A DNA stretch of 64,000 nt. Source: Candidatus Latescibacterota bacterium (GTDB lineage: Bacteria; Krumholzibacteriota; Krumholzibacteriia; WVZY01). Below are positions 42,839 through 53,335 of the stretch, one piece after another. How positions within the stretch are numbered: position 1 is the first letter of the stretch; each line of letters starts with the position of its first letter. Location: assembly GCA_963791045.1 (NCBI GenBank), contig CAWBQK010000007.1:192001-256000 (forward strand). Reading direction: 5' to 3'. The notes under the pieces were generated by a model. That model worked only from the letters and a program-made list of their open reading frames with translations, was not told the DNA's origin and searched no databases. A program made the translations under genes and the position numbers.

Positions 42839-43283
42839 CAGAGCGGCACTTGGATCGATTGTGGCGGCCGCCGTGGCCGCGGCGATCCTCTTCCAGTCCG
42901 CGACACCGCTTGCTGATTCGAACCAGCCGGCGCCAAAGAAAAAGGTCAAGCTGAGAGACAACAGCTACTACTACAGCGCTTTCAACAAGAGAGACCCGTT
43001 CGAGTCTCTCATCGTCGGCAATTTCGTCAGCGAAAAGAAAATGCCGGTCGTGGATGTTGGCCGCGTCGTTCTTGTTGGGGTCGTCAAGGGTGAGTTGGAT
43101 CGATTCGCTCTGCTCGAAGACGACAAGGGATTTAGTTACATCCTCCGCGTCGGCGACGAAGTCAAGAATGGCTCCGTAGTCGCCATAGGTGACCGGTCTG
43201 TGGTCGCGCGAGTGACCAACTTTGGTCAGACCAAAAAGTTCACTCTGCATCTTGCCAAACGAGAAGAAGGAGAGCTGAAATGA
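42813..43283 (+). CDS. pilP: PilP-like pilus assembly protein
   Basis: YYY..KRDPF motif; LVGVV..ALLED..YILRVGD..NGSVVAI; lies between pilO and pilQ. Confidence 0.75.
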   Translation: MRLRLKNNSRAALGSIVAAAVAAAILFQSATPLADSNQPAPKKKVKLRDNSYYYSAFNKRDPFESLIVGNFVSEKKMPVVDVGRVVLVGVVKGELDRFALLEDDKGFSYILRVGDEVKNGSVVAIGDRSVVARVTNFGQTKKFTLHLAKREEGELK

Positions 43284-45226
43284 GAAAGATTTTCGTGACT
43301 CGTCGTTCCGTTGTCACTGCGTTGCTGCTGGGGGTGCTCATAATGGGTACTTCTGTGCAGGGTGACACATCTCAAATCTGTGCTCTCGATGTCGTGAAGG
43401 ATGCAGAAGGCTCGTCGAGCTATGTCATCTCAAAGACGGGGGCCGTAGAAGTCCAGGAATTCATGATGGACGATCCTCCTCGCCTCGTTGTTGATTTCAT
43501 CGGTGCGACGTACCAGATGACGGAGATGTCCTTTGAGGGCGACGGAGCTGTCGTCGACCGCGTGAGGTCGAGCCAGTTTTCCGAGGACCCAAATCTCGTC
43601 GTTCGTGTCGTATTCGACTTGAAATACAAAGCGGAATACACGCTCGTCAAGGAAGATGACGCGGTTCGTATCCGGTTTGTCTCGAAGGTTAAGCCGACAC
43701 TCAAACCGACGAGCGTCGAGCCCGTTGAGCAGGCCGCCGCCCCGGCGACACAGCCGGCGACACAGCCGGTGCAGCCGGCGCCTCAGCGACGGGTGATGCA
43801 GAGCTCGATGGAACCCGTTGGCAGTCTGACGCCGCTGGTCGAGCAAAAACCGGCGCCGGTCAAGAGCGAGACGGTGAATCCGCTGTTCGCCAGCTCGAAG
43901 CCGGCCGAGACAGTCAAGCCCGAGCCCGCGAAGGCCGTCCCCGTCAACGCAACCGAAAACGTTTCGATGCGCTCGTGGGACACTAAGAACACGGCAAGCA
44001 ACAGCCAGCCCGTTACCACGGTACAGCCCCTTCCGGCGTACGCGGCGAGCAGCGGTCTGGTCAAAAACAAGAGTATTACTATAGATGTTCAGGACGCTGA
44101 TATTCAGACCGTCCTCCACAGCCTCTCCGAGTTCTCCGAGATGAACATCATTGCGGGTCCGGAAGTAGAGGGCGAAGTGACCGCGCATCTCAAGAACGTT
44201 CCATGGCAGCAGGCGATGGACATCATTCTCAAGGCGCACGGATTCGGATACCGTGAAGAGTACGGAATGATCCGCGTGTCGACCGTCGAGAAGCTCACCA
44301 AGGAAGAGCTGGAGATCCAGGCCGCGGAGCGCCAGAGAGATGAATTGCTCCCGCTCGAAACAAAAATTATCGAGATCAGTTTTGCCAACGCGGGGGAGAT
44401 GAGGGATGCGCTCAAAGAGATCCTCACCCAGCGCGGAAGTATGGAAATCGAGTCGGGCGCCAACGCGCTGATCGTTACCGATATTGCTAAGAATATCGAA
44501 AAGATCGGGGCGATGGTTGCGGAGCTCGACAAGAAAATCAAACAGGTCGAGATCGTCGCCAAGCTCGTCGACGTGGACTTCGAAGCCACACGCGAAATGG
44601 GCGTCCAGTGGAATCTCCTGAACATCTCTAACAAAGACGTCAATGGCGTTGGAGATCTCAGAATCCACGCGCCTGCCGCGTCGCCGACCGGGCAGCTCCG
44701 CATAGGAACCGTCCAGTCGTGGGGTGAAGTGCAGGCGATCATCGACATGATGGAGAAAGAAAACAAGGCGAACATCATCTCGAACCCTAGAATCGTAACC
44801 GCCGACAACCGTGAAGCGAGCATTCTAGTAGGTAAAGAGATTCCATTGATCGTATCCGACGAAGCGGGTAACCCGATTACCGAGCTGACAAAGATCGGTA
44901 TCATTCTTCGCGTGACCCCGCACGTCAACTCGGATCGGACCATCACGCTGGACCTTCATCCCGAAGTCAGTGATCTCGCCTCCCAGGCTACCGTCCAGGG
45001 TGGTGTTGTCATCGTGCTCAGCGAGGCGGATACCCGAGTCGTCGTGGGCGATGGAGACACAGCGGTTATCGGTGGACTCATCAGCGAAGTCGAAAGCAAG
45101 TATGTAAACGGCGTGCCGATCCTTAAGGACATTCCGCTTCTCGGTGGTCTGTTCAGGCTCACAAACGACGTAAAGAAAAAACGCGAACTGGTTATCTTCG
45201 TGACACCGAAGATCATCGACAGTTAA
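43280..45226 (+). CDS. pilQ: Type IV pilus secretin PilQ (AMIN domain, Pro/Ala-rich linker, secretin)
   Basis: DPPRLVVDF AMIN domain; ITIDVQDADI; NVPWQQA; IISNPRIVT.DNREASI..GKEIP; LRVTPHV; VPILKDIPLLGGLF; ELVIFVTPKI. Confidence 0.93.
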   Translation: MRKIFVTRRSVVTALLLGVLIMGTSVQGDTSQICALDVVKDAEGSSSYVISKTGAVEVQEFMMDDPPRLVVDFIGATYQMTEMSFEGDGAVVDRVRSSQFSEDPNLVVRVVFDLKYKAEYTLVKEDDAVRIRFVSKVKPTLKPTSVEPVEQAAAPATQPATQPVQPAPQRRVMQSSMEPVGSLTPLVEQKPAPVKSETVNPLFASSKPAETVKPEPAKAVPVNATENVSMRSWDTKNTASNSQPVTTVQPLPAYAASSGLVKNKSITIDVQDADIQTVLHSLSEFSEMNIIAGPEVEGEVTAHLKNVPWQQAMDIILKAHGFGYREEYGMIRVSTVEKLTKEELEIQAAERQRDELLPLETKIIEISFANAGEMRDALKEILTQRGSMEIESGANALIVTDIAKNIEKIGAMVAELDKKIKQVEIVAKLVDVDFEATREMGVQWNLLNISNKDVNGVGDLRIHAPAASPTGQLRIGTVQSWGEVQAIIDMMEKENKANIISNPRIVTADNREASILVGKEIPLIVSDEAGNPITELTKIGIILRVTPHVNSDRTITLDLHPEVSDLASQATVQGGVVIVLSEADTRVVVGDGDTAVIGGLISEVESKYVNGVPILKDIPLLGGLFRLTNDVKKKRELVIFVTPKIIDS

Positions 45227-45353
45227 TCGCAAAGGTTGATCGTCGTCCGGTCCGCAACAGGCGGCGGGGCAAGACACAGTGCTTGCCTCGCCGCCTTCTT
45301 GCGTTTATGGTCGATAGGGGACGGATGCCGCGTTGGTTTCTCAAGGAGTCAGA

Positions 45354-45929
45354 ATGGTGGCGCATCGATATTTGAAAACGAGGGTACTCGCGGGGACATT
45401 GAAGGGCAGGGTGCTGTCCTATCCCGACGATCGGCGCCTGCGCCCGACAATGCAGCGGACCAAAGACTCGGTGTTCGAATCGCTCGGGAATCGTGTCGCC
45501 GGCGCCGTATTTGTCGACCTGTACGCGGCGGCCGGTGGAATCGGTCTCGAGGCTCTGAGCCGGGGAGCCGCGCAGGTTCATTTTGTCGAGAACGACAGGA
45601 CGGCTCTCGGTTGTCTAGGGGAGAACCTCGCCGCTTGTGACATCCCCGCCGAGGGGGGAATTGTCCACCCCGGTCCGGTGATGGATTTTCTTCTGTCCGG
45701 CGGCTTGCGTGATACGGACCCGCATATTGTTTTTGCCGACCCTCCCTACGCATCCGGGGACACGCGTCTTTTGCTGGAGTTCTTCGCCGGCATAGATTAC
45801 CCTGTGAAGGCTCTGCTGATTCTTGAGCATCACAAAGATGCCGTGGACGACAAGTCCGTCGAGAATCTGGGGCGCACAAAGTTCAAGAAATTTGGCCAGA
45901 GTTGCGTGAGTTACTTCGAATTGATGTGA
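45354..45929 (+). CDS. rsmD: 16S rRNA (guanine966-N2)-methyltransferase RsmD
   Basis: LRPT..KDSVF; DLYAAAGGIGLEALSRGA; FADPPY; adjacent to coaD. Confidence 0.88.
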   Translation: MVAHRYLKTRVLAGTLKGRVLSYPDDRRLRPTMQRTKDSVFESLGNRVAGAVFVDLYAAAGGIGLEALSRGAAQVHFVENDRTALGCLGENLAACDIPAEGGIVHPGPVMDFLLSGGLRDTDPHIVFADPPYASGDTRLLLEFFAGIDYPVKALLILEHHKDAVDDKSVENLGRTKFKKFGQSCVSYFELM

Positions 45930-45940
45930 GGAGGCAAGTG

Positions 45941-46429
45941 ATGACGAAAGCCCTCTACCCGGGAACCTTCGATCCCGTCACGAATGGGCATGTGGATGTG
46001 ATCAGGAGGGCGAGCAAGCTGTTCGGGAAGCTCGTCGTGGCGGTGGCAAAAGGGGTACACAAGGACACGACCTTTTCGCTTGCAACGAGGAAGCGTCTCC
46101 TCACGGAGTGCACAAAAGATTTGAAGAACGTCGAAGTTGTTTCGCTTCCCGGGCTTCTTGCCGAACAGTGCAAAAAGATGGAAGTCGATGTTGTTATTCG
46201 AGGGCTGAGAGCCTTGTCTGATTTCGAGTACGAGATGATGATGGCCCTTATGAACCGAAAGCTCTATCCCAACTTCGAGACTATATTTCTAATGCCGAGC
46301 GAACAGTACGTTTATCTCCACAGCTCGACGGTCAAGGAAGTGTTCGCGCTCGGTGGGGACGTTTCGGAGTTCGTGCCGCGGCCGGTTTATGAAGCGTTCA
46401 ACCGCCGTAAACGAAGTCTGCGAAAATAG
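45941..46429 (+). CDS. coaD: Pantetheine-phosphate adenylyltransferase
   Basis: YPGTFDPVTNGH; IRGLRALSDFEYE; SSTVKE. Confidence 0.96.
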   Translation: MTKALYPGTFDPVTNGHVDVIRRASKLFGKLVVAVAKGVHKDTTFSLATRKRLLTECTKDLKNVEVVSLPGLLAEQCKKMEVDVVIRGLRALSDFEYEMMMALMNRKLYPNFETIFLMPSEQYVYLHSSTVKEVFALGGDVSEFVPRPVYEAFNRRKRSLRK

Positions 46430-46444
46430 CGGCGAACGGGGGCG

Positions 46445-46473
46445 TTGACGTACAGGTGCGGGGCTGCTATGAT
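46445..46473 (+). promoter_or_regulatory. Sigma70-type promoter upstream of obgE
   Basis: TTGACG (46445-46450), 17 nt, TG-n-TATGAT (46468-46473). Confidence 0.7.
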
Positions 46474-46582
46474 GGTCGTCCCGTCATTAGATTTCCTCCC
46501 TATTTAAATTGATTCGCCCGACGTGGGTTCAGTCGAACTGTCGCTCCGCGGTTGAGAAAATGAACACCGCTCGGGTCGATGA

Positions 46583-47572
<990 letters not shown>

Positions 47573-47579
47573 TTTTGTA

Positions 47580-48683
47580 TTGGGGGTGGTGTGTGTGGGT
47601 CGGTCTTACTATCCTGTTCTTGCGTTGTTGTTGTCGGAGGGTATTGGCGGGACGGATTGTTTTCGTCTTCCGAAGGATCCTTGCCGAATATTCGATCTTC
47701 TCCAGACGGTGGAGGGGAGGCGAGAGCTCTCTTTTATCCTCTGCAAACCCGTGCTCGATATTCCGTGGAAACTTTTTGATGCCCACCTGGAAGCAATAGA
47801 GAGGTCGGGCGCGGGAGTGATCACCTGTCTCGACGACGATTACCCCGTTTGCTTCGGGGAAATACCGGAGTCGCCGGCGATCCTGTTTTTCAAGGGTGAT
47901 GCGTCGTTGCTTTCACACAGGGGTGTTGCGATCGTGGGGAGCCGTAATGCGTCGGTTCGAGGGGTGGCATTCACGCGCTCTCTTGCCGCCGATCTCGCGC
48001 GTCTCGATATCCCGGTGGTGAGCGGAGCCGCACGAGGGATCGATGCCGCCGCCCACAGGGGCGCTTTGGACGGGAAAGGTGACACGGTCGCCGTCGTCGG
48101 TACGGGTATCGACGTGCCGTATCCGCCGGAGAACGTGGAACTTCTTGAGTCGATTGCGGAGGATGGGTGTGTCGTCACGGAGCAGCTGACCGGGGGGCTT
48201 CCGTTCAAACACGTGTTCCCGCGGAGAAACCGCCTGATAAGCGCGCTTTCGCACGTTGTGGTCGTTGTGGAGGCGGCTCGGCGCAGCGGAGCGTTGATCA
48301 CGGCAAACTGGGCCCTCGAGCAGGGACGTGACGTTGGGGTGGTCCCGGGATTTCCCGGGGACGACCGGAGCCGGGGCGGCAACCTTTATCTCAAAATGGG
48401 GGCCTTCCCGGTTGAGGGAGTCGATGATATCATTTCTGCGGTTCCGGCGCTGAAACCGCGGGGCGGGCTGCGTCCGGCGAAGCCGGGGAGAGTCGCGGCG
48501 CCCGACCTTCCGGGTAACACGCGCGGTGTCTTCGACGCACTGGGTTCGAGTCCGGCGGACCCGGATTCGATCGCCCGGCACCTGGGTTTGTCCGCGTCGG
48601 AGGTTTTGCAGGCGCTGCTCGACCTGGAGATGAAAGGGCTGGTTGACCGAGAACCATCGGGTCTCTATGTGAGATTGGTTTGA
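47580..48683 (+). CDS. dprA: DNA-processing protein DprA
   Basis: AIVGSR; VVSGAARGIDAAAHRGAL; FPRRNRLISALS; VVEA..SGALITA; C-terminal winged helix; start uncertain. Confidence 0.92.
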   Translation: MGVVCVGRSYYPVLALLLSEGIGGTDCFRLPKDPCRIFDLLQTVEGRRELSFILCKPVLDIPWKLFDAHLEAIERSGAGVITCLDDDYPVCFGEIPESPAILFFKGDASLLSHRGVAIVGSRNASVRGVAFTRSLAADLARLDIPVVSGAARGIDAAAHRGALDGKGDTVAVVGTGIDVPYPPENVELLESIAEDGCVVTEQLTGGLPFKHVFPRRNRLISALSHVVVVVEAARRSGALITANWALEQGRDVGVVPGFPGDDRSRGGNLYLKMGAFPVEGVDDIISAVPALKPRGGLRPAKPGRVAAPDLPGNTRGVFDALGSSPADPDSIARHLGLSASEVLQALLDLEMKGLVDREPSGLYVRLV

Positions 48684-48771
48684 TTGGCGTCGCTTCGGAC
48701 GGAGGGATGAGAAGGGCTGAGGAGAAGCGAGATGTAATCGGCGGGGACGAACTCGAGCCAAAGAGGGAATT

Positions 48772-49728
48772 GTGATCGCGGATATGGGAAAGAACCAGCC
48801 GGGCAATGAAAAATCGCGGTTGAGCGTCGGTAAACGTTTATCGCACAGGATCGAATGGGTTCTCACGATATTTCTCATTGGCGTGTGTTCGATCGTTCCG
48901 CTCGGCGCGCTAAGACGCGGTGGTGCGGGGATTGGCTGGTTCGCATATCGGGTTCTCAAGGCAAGGCGCAAGGTCGTCGTCGGCAATATCGAGAAATCAT
49001 TCCCCGGCATGCCCGCGAAAGAAGTGGATGCCGTCGCTCTCGAATCATATCAGCAGTATGGAATGGCGCTGATGGAGTTCGGCGCGTTCCACTCGATCAC
49101 GAGAGAAAAACTTTTTGACATGGTCGATGTAGAAGGTATCGACAACCTCGACAAGGCGCTCGATCACGGCAAGGGCGCGGTTCTCTTTACCGGGCATTTT
49201 GGAAACTGGGAGCTTTTGGGCGCCGTTATCGGGCAGAGCGGATACCCTCTCCATGTGACGGACACGAATCACAGCAACAAGATCGTTCACAAACTGATAT
49301 CCGGGCTGCGGATCAAACAGAAAATGAAAATCATTTCTGTGACCGAACCGTTTTCACGCTTCAACGATCTGCTGTTGTCAAATTGTTTTGTCGCATATCT
49401 CGCCGATCAGGACGCGCGCAACCACGGGATCTTTGTCGACTTTATGGGAAGGCCGGCGTCGACGGTTCGAGGTCCCGCGATTTTTGCGATAAGGAACGGC
49501 TCTCCCATCGTCGCAACTTTTATGATTCGTGATGGATACGACAAACACAAAGCGGTGTTCGAGGAGCCGATATGGCCCGATCCCGCCCTGACCGGGCGTG
49601 AGGCGGTCGAGGATTTGACCCAACGGTTCACCGGTGTTCTTGAAAAATATGTGCGGGAGTATCCCGGTCACTATTTCTGGATGCACCGGCGGTGGAAGAC
49701 CGCGCCGCCGGTGCGGAAGAACGGATAA
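48772..49728 (+). CDS. Lipid A lauroyl/myristoyl acyltransferase family protein (LpxL/HtrB-like)
   Basis: GHFGNWE; LADQD..GIFVDFMGRPA; PGHYFWMHRRWK. Confidence 0.88.
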   Translation: MIADMGKNQPGNEKSRLSVGKRLSHRIEWVLTIFLIGVCSIVPLGALRRGGAGIGWFAYRVLKARRKVVVGNIEKSFPGMPAKEVDAVALESYQQYGMALMEFGAFHSITREKLFDMVDVEGIDNLDKALDHGKGAVLFTGHFGNWELLGAVIGQSGYPLHVTDTNHSNKIVHKLISGLRIKQKMKIISVTEPFSRFNDLLLSNCFVAYLADQDARNHGIFVDFMGRPASTVRGPAIFAIRNGSPIVATFMIRDGYDKHKAVFEEPIWPDPALTGREAVEDLTQRFTGVLEKYVREYPGHYFWMHRRWKTAPPVRKNG

Positions 49729-49741
49729 CCCGGGACCGCGG

Positions 49742-50065
49742 TCAAGTTTTGGGCTGGTCGTCGTCCGTGGGAGCCGTCTGGAATCCGATGGGCGCCTTGC
49801 TCGGATCCATCGGCGCGACGGGGATCTTCCCATGCTCTCCTTCATATTTTGAGATGTTGTTCTGGAGCGTCGTCATGAGGGCCTTGGCGCTCTGCGGTGT
49901 CATCAGAATACGCGAAAAGACCTTCGCCTTTTTGACCCCGGGGAGCATCCGGGCAAAATCGACGATAAACTCTGAGTTGGAGTGGGTGACGATCACGAAG
50001 TTCGAATAAATGCCTTCCCACTCTTTGTCGCCAATTTCGATATTGACGGTGTGTTGCTGGTTCAC
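49742..50065 (-). CDS. DUF3467 domain protein
   Basis: EGIYSNFVIVTHSNSEFIVDF..KAKVFSRILMTPQSAKAL..L..NISKYE; GGAGG RBS before the GTG at 50065. Confidence 0.85.
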   Translation of the reverse strand: MNQQHTVNIEIGDKEWEGIYSNFVIVTHSNSEFIVDFARMLPGVKKAKVFSRILMTPQSAKALMTTLQNNISKYEGEHGKIPVAPMDPSKAPIGFQTAPTDDDQPKT

Positions 50066-50215
50066 GGACAACCTCCTATAGGCCTGTTTCAGGTGTCGGA
50101 CCCCCAATCTACCACAAAGAACAGGGTGACTCAACAGGGGAGCAAGAATGGAGCGCGCCGGACGGGGTAAAGCGTCGACACGACACCCGTCAGGGCGGGA
50201 AGAACGCCAAACCAC

Positions 50216-50245
50216 TTGACACTGTTCGCACCCGTATGCTAATGT
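50216..50245 (+). promoter_or_regulatory. Putative sigma70-type promoter upstream of rfaE1
   Basis: TTGACA (50216-50221), 18 nt, TG-n-TAATGT (50240-50245). Confidence 0.5.
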
Positions 50246-50328
50246 GACTTTCCAATTTACGGCGACGAAGGTATTTCGTTAGGGGCTTCACTCCGAAGGT
50301 CCTTAATTTTTTTTCGCGATATTCTATC

Positions 50329-51321
50329 ATGTTTACGACCGGTTTAAATAGAACCCGCGTTGAGGCGTATCTTGATCGGTTTGCCTCTTGTCGTGTGGCC
50401 GTTCTCGGTGATGTCATGCTGGACCGGTACTACTGGGGCAGGGTTGATCGTATTTCCCCCGAAGCTCCGGTGCCCGTCGTACGCGTAACTCGTCGAAGCG
50501 CGCATCTCGGCGGCGCGGCCAATGTAGCGTCGAACCTCCGCGCGCTCGGCGTGCAGGTAACGCTGGTCGGTTTGGCGGGCGACGACGCGGCGTGCGGCGA
50601 GATCCGTTCTCTTCTCGATGCGAACGAAATAGGGCACACGTGTCTTCGCGCCGAGGGTGGGCGGGAGACCACGGAAAAGGTGCGTATAATCGCCCAGAGC
50701 CAACAGGTCGTCCGCGCCGATTTCGAGGCTGAAACACCGCTCTCCAACCAAAGCCGGGACGCATTTTTGGAGCGTCTTGTAGATGGCGTGGACGACTTCG
50801 ACGCGCTGATCGTCTCTGATTATGGAAAGGGAGTTGTCCAGGAAGATTATCTCGGCGAAATCATCCGGCTTTGGCGTACCAAGGACAAACCCGTACTCGT
50901 CGATCCACACATCGGTCACTTCACGTGGTACCGGGGCGCCGCCGTGATGACGCCCAACACAAAGGAAGCGGCGAGTTTCTACGGAATGAAACTCGATCTG
51001 GAGGAGATGCTTTCCAGTGTCGGGTTCCGGATGCGCGAAGAGCTCGAACTCGGAGCGCTGTTGATAACGCGGGGCGAGGATGGGATGAGTCTATTCGTAG
51101 AGGATGACAAACAGATACACATTCCGACGGTAGCCGAGGAGGTGTACGATGTCACGGGCGCCGGCGATACGGTGATCAGTATCCTGGCGGCGGCCATCGG
51201 TTCCGGGACGCCCATGATCGACGCGGTGGTTATCGCAAATCATGGCGCCGGCGAGGTGGTCAAGGATGTCGGGACGTCAACGGCAACTAGAGATAAGATT
51301 TCTAAGTCATTTGAATTATAG
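50329..51321 (+). CDS. rfaE1: D-glycero-beta-D-manno-heptose-7-phosphate kinase (RfaE domain I)
   Basis: GDVMLDRY..RISPEAPVPV; GGAANVA; VSDYGKG; TPN; YDVTGAGDTV. Confidence 0.93.
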   Translation: MFTTGLNRTRVEAYLDRFASCRVAVLGDVMLDRYYWGRVDRISPEAPVPVVRVTRRSAHLGGAANVASNLRALGVQVTLVGLAGDDAACGEIRSLLDANEIGHTCLRAEGGRETTEKVRIIAQSQQVVRADFEAETPLSNQSRDAFLERLVDGVDDFDALIVSDYGKGVVQEDYLGEIIRLWRTKDKPVLVDPHIGHFTWYRGAAVMTPNTKEAASFYGMKLDLEEMLSSVGFRMREELELGALLITRGEDGMSLFVEDDKQIHIPTVAEEVYDVTGAGDTVISILAAAIGSGTPMIDAVVIANHGAGEVVKDVGTSTATRDKISKSFEL

Positions 51322-51349
51322 CGTATAAGGCGATCAGGTGATGTTGGTT

Positions 51350-51820
51350 ATGAGGCGATTGATCCCGAGGGACAATCTGGCAGTGACGTTTGAAGGGCTT
51401 CGGCGGGATGGGAAGCGAATCGTTTTTACCAACGGTTGTTTCGATCTGCTGCACCCGGGACATATTAGCTTGTTGTCGCGCTCTGCCTGTGAGGGCGACG
51501 TGCTGCTCGTCGCGATAAACGACGACGCTTCGGTCCGTGCTCTCAAAGGTGATACCCGGCCCATTTACCCCGCCGAAGAACGCGCGGAAATCCTTCTCGC
51601 GCTCCGGTGGGTGGATTATGTGACGGTGTTTCCCGAGGCCACGCCGCTCGAGACCATCGAACAAGTCAAACCCGACGTTCTCATCAAGGGTGCTGAGTAC
51701 AAACAAGATGAGATAGTCGGCGCCGATTTCGTCAAAAGAAACGGCGGGTGTGTGGTGAGGATTCCAATGAAAGCGGGTCATTCGACGCGCGGGCTCGTGC
51801 GGCGGATGGCGGAGCCATAA
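51350..51820 (+). CDS. rfaE2: D-glycero-beta-D-manno-heptose-1-phosphate adenylyltransferase (RfaE domain II)
   Basis: VFTNGCFDLLHPGH; NDDASVRALKG..RP; PDVLIKG. Confidence 0.93.
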   Translation: MRRLIPRDNLAVTFEGLRRDGKRIVFTNGCFDLLHPGHISLLSRSACEGDVLLVAINDDASVRALKGDTRPIYPAEERAEILLALRWVDYVTVFPEATPLETIEQVKPDVLIKGAEYKQDEIVGADFVKRNGGCVVRIPMKAGHSTRGLVRRMAEP

Positions 51821-51930
51821 AACGATTTTTGTCGGTGGGCGGATTTGTTCTCGCCCTGGTTTTTAATAAATCACTCAGAACAACGATTTCAAAATGGCAA
51901 CGTCGTTGCCGAAAGAAAAGGAAGGCCGAG

Positions 51931-53262
51931 ATGAGTAAAGAACGCGTTCTAATTATGGGTGCCGCTGGCAGGGATTTTCACAATTTCAACACGTTATATC
52001 GGGAGAACAACGACGTTGAAGTCGTCGCGTTCACGGCGACGCAGATCCCCAATATCGATGGACGACGCTATCCTGCGGAGATCGCGGGAGGAAATTACCC
52101 GAACGGGATACCCATCATTGCTGAAGACGATCTTTCGGAATTTGTTAAGAAAGAAAAAATCGACACGGCGGTGTTTTCGTACAGCGACGTTTCTTATGAA
52201 TACGTCATGCGGATGAGCGCAAAGGTCAATGCTCTCGGCGTCGACTTCAAACTCATTGGCAACGAGGCGACGATGCTCAAGAGCGACAAACCCATCATCG
52301 CGGTTTGTGCCGTTAGAACTGGAGCCGGCAAGAGTCAAACCACGCGCCGTGTGGCGGAAATACTACGCGAAAAGGGTTACAGCATTGCGGTCGTCAGACA
52401 CCCGATGCCGTACGGCGATCTGGTCAAGCAGGTCGTACAGCGGTTCGGCTCGCTCGAAGATCTCGATCTTCACGAATGCACGATTGAGGAACGCGAAGAA
52501 TACGAACACCACATCGAAGTCGGGCATGTCGTGTTCGCCGGCGTTGACTACGGCAAGATCCTCGCCGAGGCGGGGAAGGAGGCCGATGTTGTTTTGTGGG
52601 ATGGCGGAAACAACGATCTGCCTTTCTATTACCCTGACCTTTGGATCACGGTCGCTGATCCGCACAGACCCGGCCACGAAATCAGCTACTACCCGGGCGA
52701 GGTCAATGTGTACAGAGCCGACGTCGTCGTTGTTAATAAGGTCGATACGGCGGAAGAATCGGGTATTCAGACTGTCATCGCCAATGTTAAGGATCGTAAT
52801 CCCAACGCGGAAATCATCCTCGCCGCATCGCCAATAACGCTCGAGGGCGAGTCGACGGACATCAAGGGTAAGCGTGTGCTCTGTGTCGAGGACGGACCGA
52901 CATTGACCCACGGTGGGATGCAGTACGGCGCCGCCGTGGTTGCGGCCAAGAAATTTGGCGCGGCGGAAATCATCGACCCGAGACCGTTTGCCGTCGGTGA
53001 GATCAAGAAAACATTCGAGATCTATCCGGGAATCGGCAAACTCCTTCCCGCGATGGGTTACGGCGACCAGCAGATCGAGGATCTGACAAAAACCATCGAT
53101 GCGTCGGACGCGGAAATGGTTGTCGTCGGAACTCCGATCAAACTCGGCCGTGTGGCGAAATTCTCGAAACCATACGTTCAGGTTGGATACCATCTTGAGG
53201 AGCAGGGCAAACCGACGCTGAATGAAGTGATGGACAAGTTCATTTCGGAGCATTTGAAGTAG
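51931..53262 (+). CDS. COG2403 P-loop enzyme (annotated cyclic 2,3-diphosphoglycerate synthase / GTPase; arginine synthetase ArcE-like)
   Basis: IMGAAGRDFHNFN; VVAFTATQIP; AVRTGAGKSQT; RHPMPYG; CTIEEREEYE; WDGGNND; VEDGPTLTHGGM. Confidence 0.85.
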   Translation: MSKERVLIMGAAGRDFHNFNTLYRENNDVEVVAFTATQIPNIDGRRYPAEIAGGNYPNGIPIIAEDDLSEFVKKEKIDTAVFSYSDVSYEYVMRMSAKVNALGVDFKLIGNEATMLKSDKPIIAVCAVRTGAGKSQTTRRVAEILREKGYSIAVVRHPMPYGDLVKQVVQRFGSLEDLDLHECTIEEREEYEHHIEVGHVVFAGVDYGKILAEAGKEADVVLWDGGNNDLPFYYPDLWITVADPHRPGHEISYYPGEVNVYRADVVVVNKVDTAEESGIQTVIANVKDRNPNAEIILAASPITLEGESTDIKGKRVLCVEDGPTLTHGGMQYGAAVVAAKKFGAAEIIDPRPFAVGEIKKTFEIYPGIGKLLPAMGYGDQQIEDLTKTIDASDAEMVVVGTPIKLGRVAKFSKPYVQVGYHLEEQGKPTLNEVMDKFISEHLK

Positions 53263-53335
53263 TAAGCCGGCTGGGGCGCCGGCGTCGGCGCCAATCGGGC
53301 GGGCAAAGAGTAAGTAGTTAAGAAGGGGCGAACCA

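Noticed and set aside
43741-43780. Short CAGCCGGCGACA-type repeats in pilQ
   Set aside because: They encode an ordinary in-frame Pro/Ala/Gln-rich linker (PATQPATQPVQPAP).
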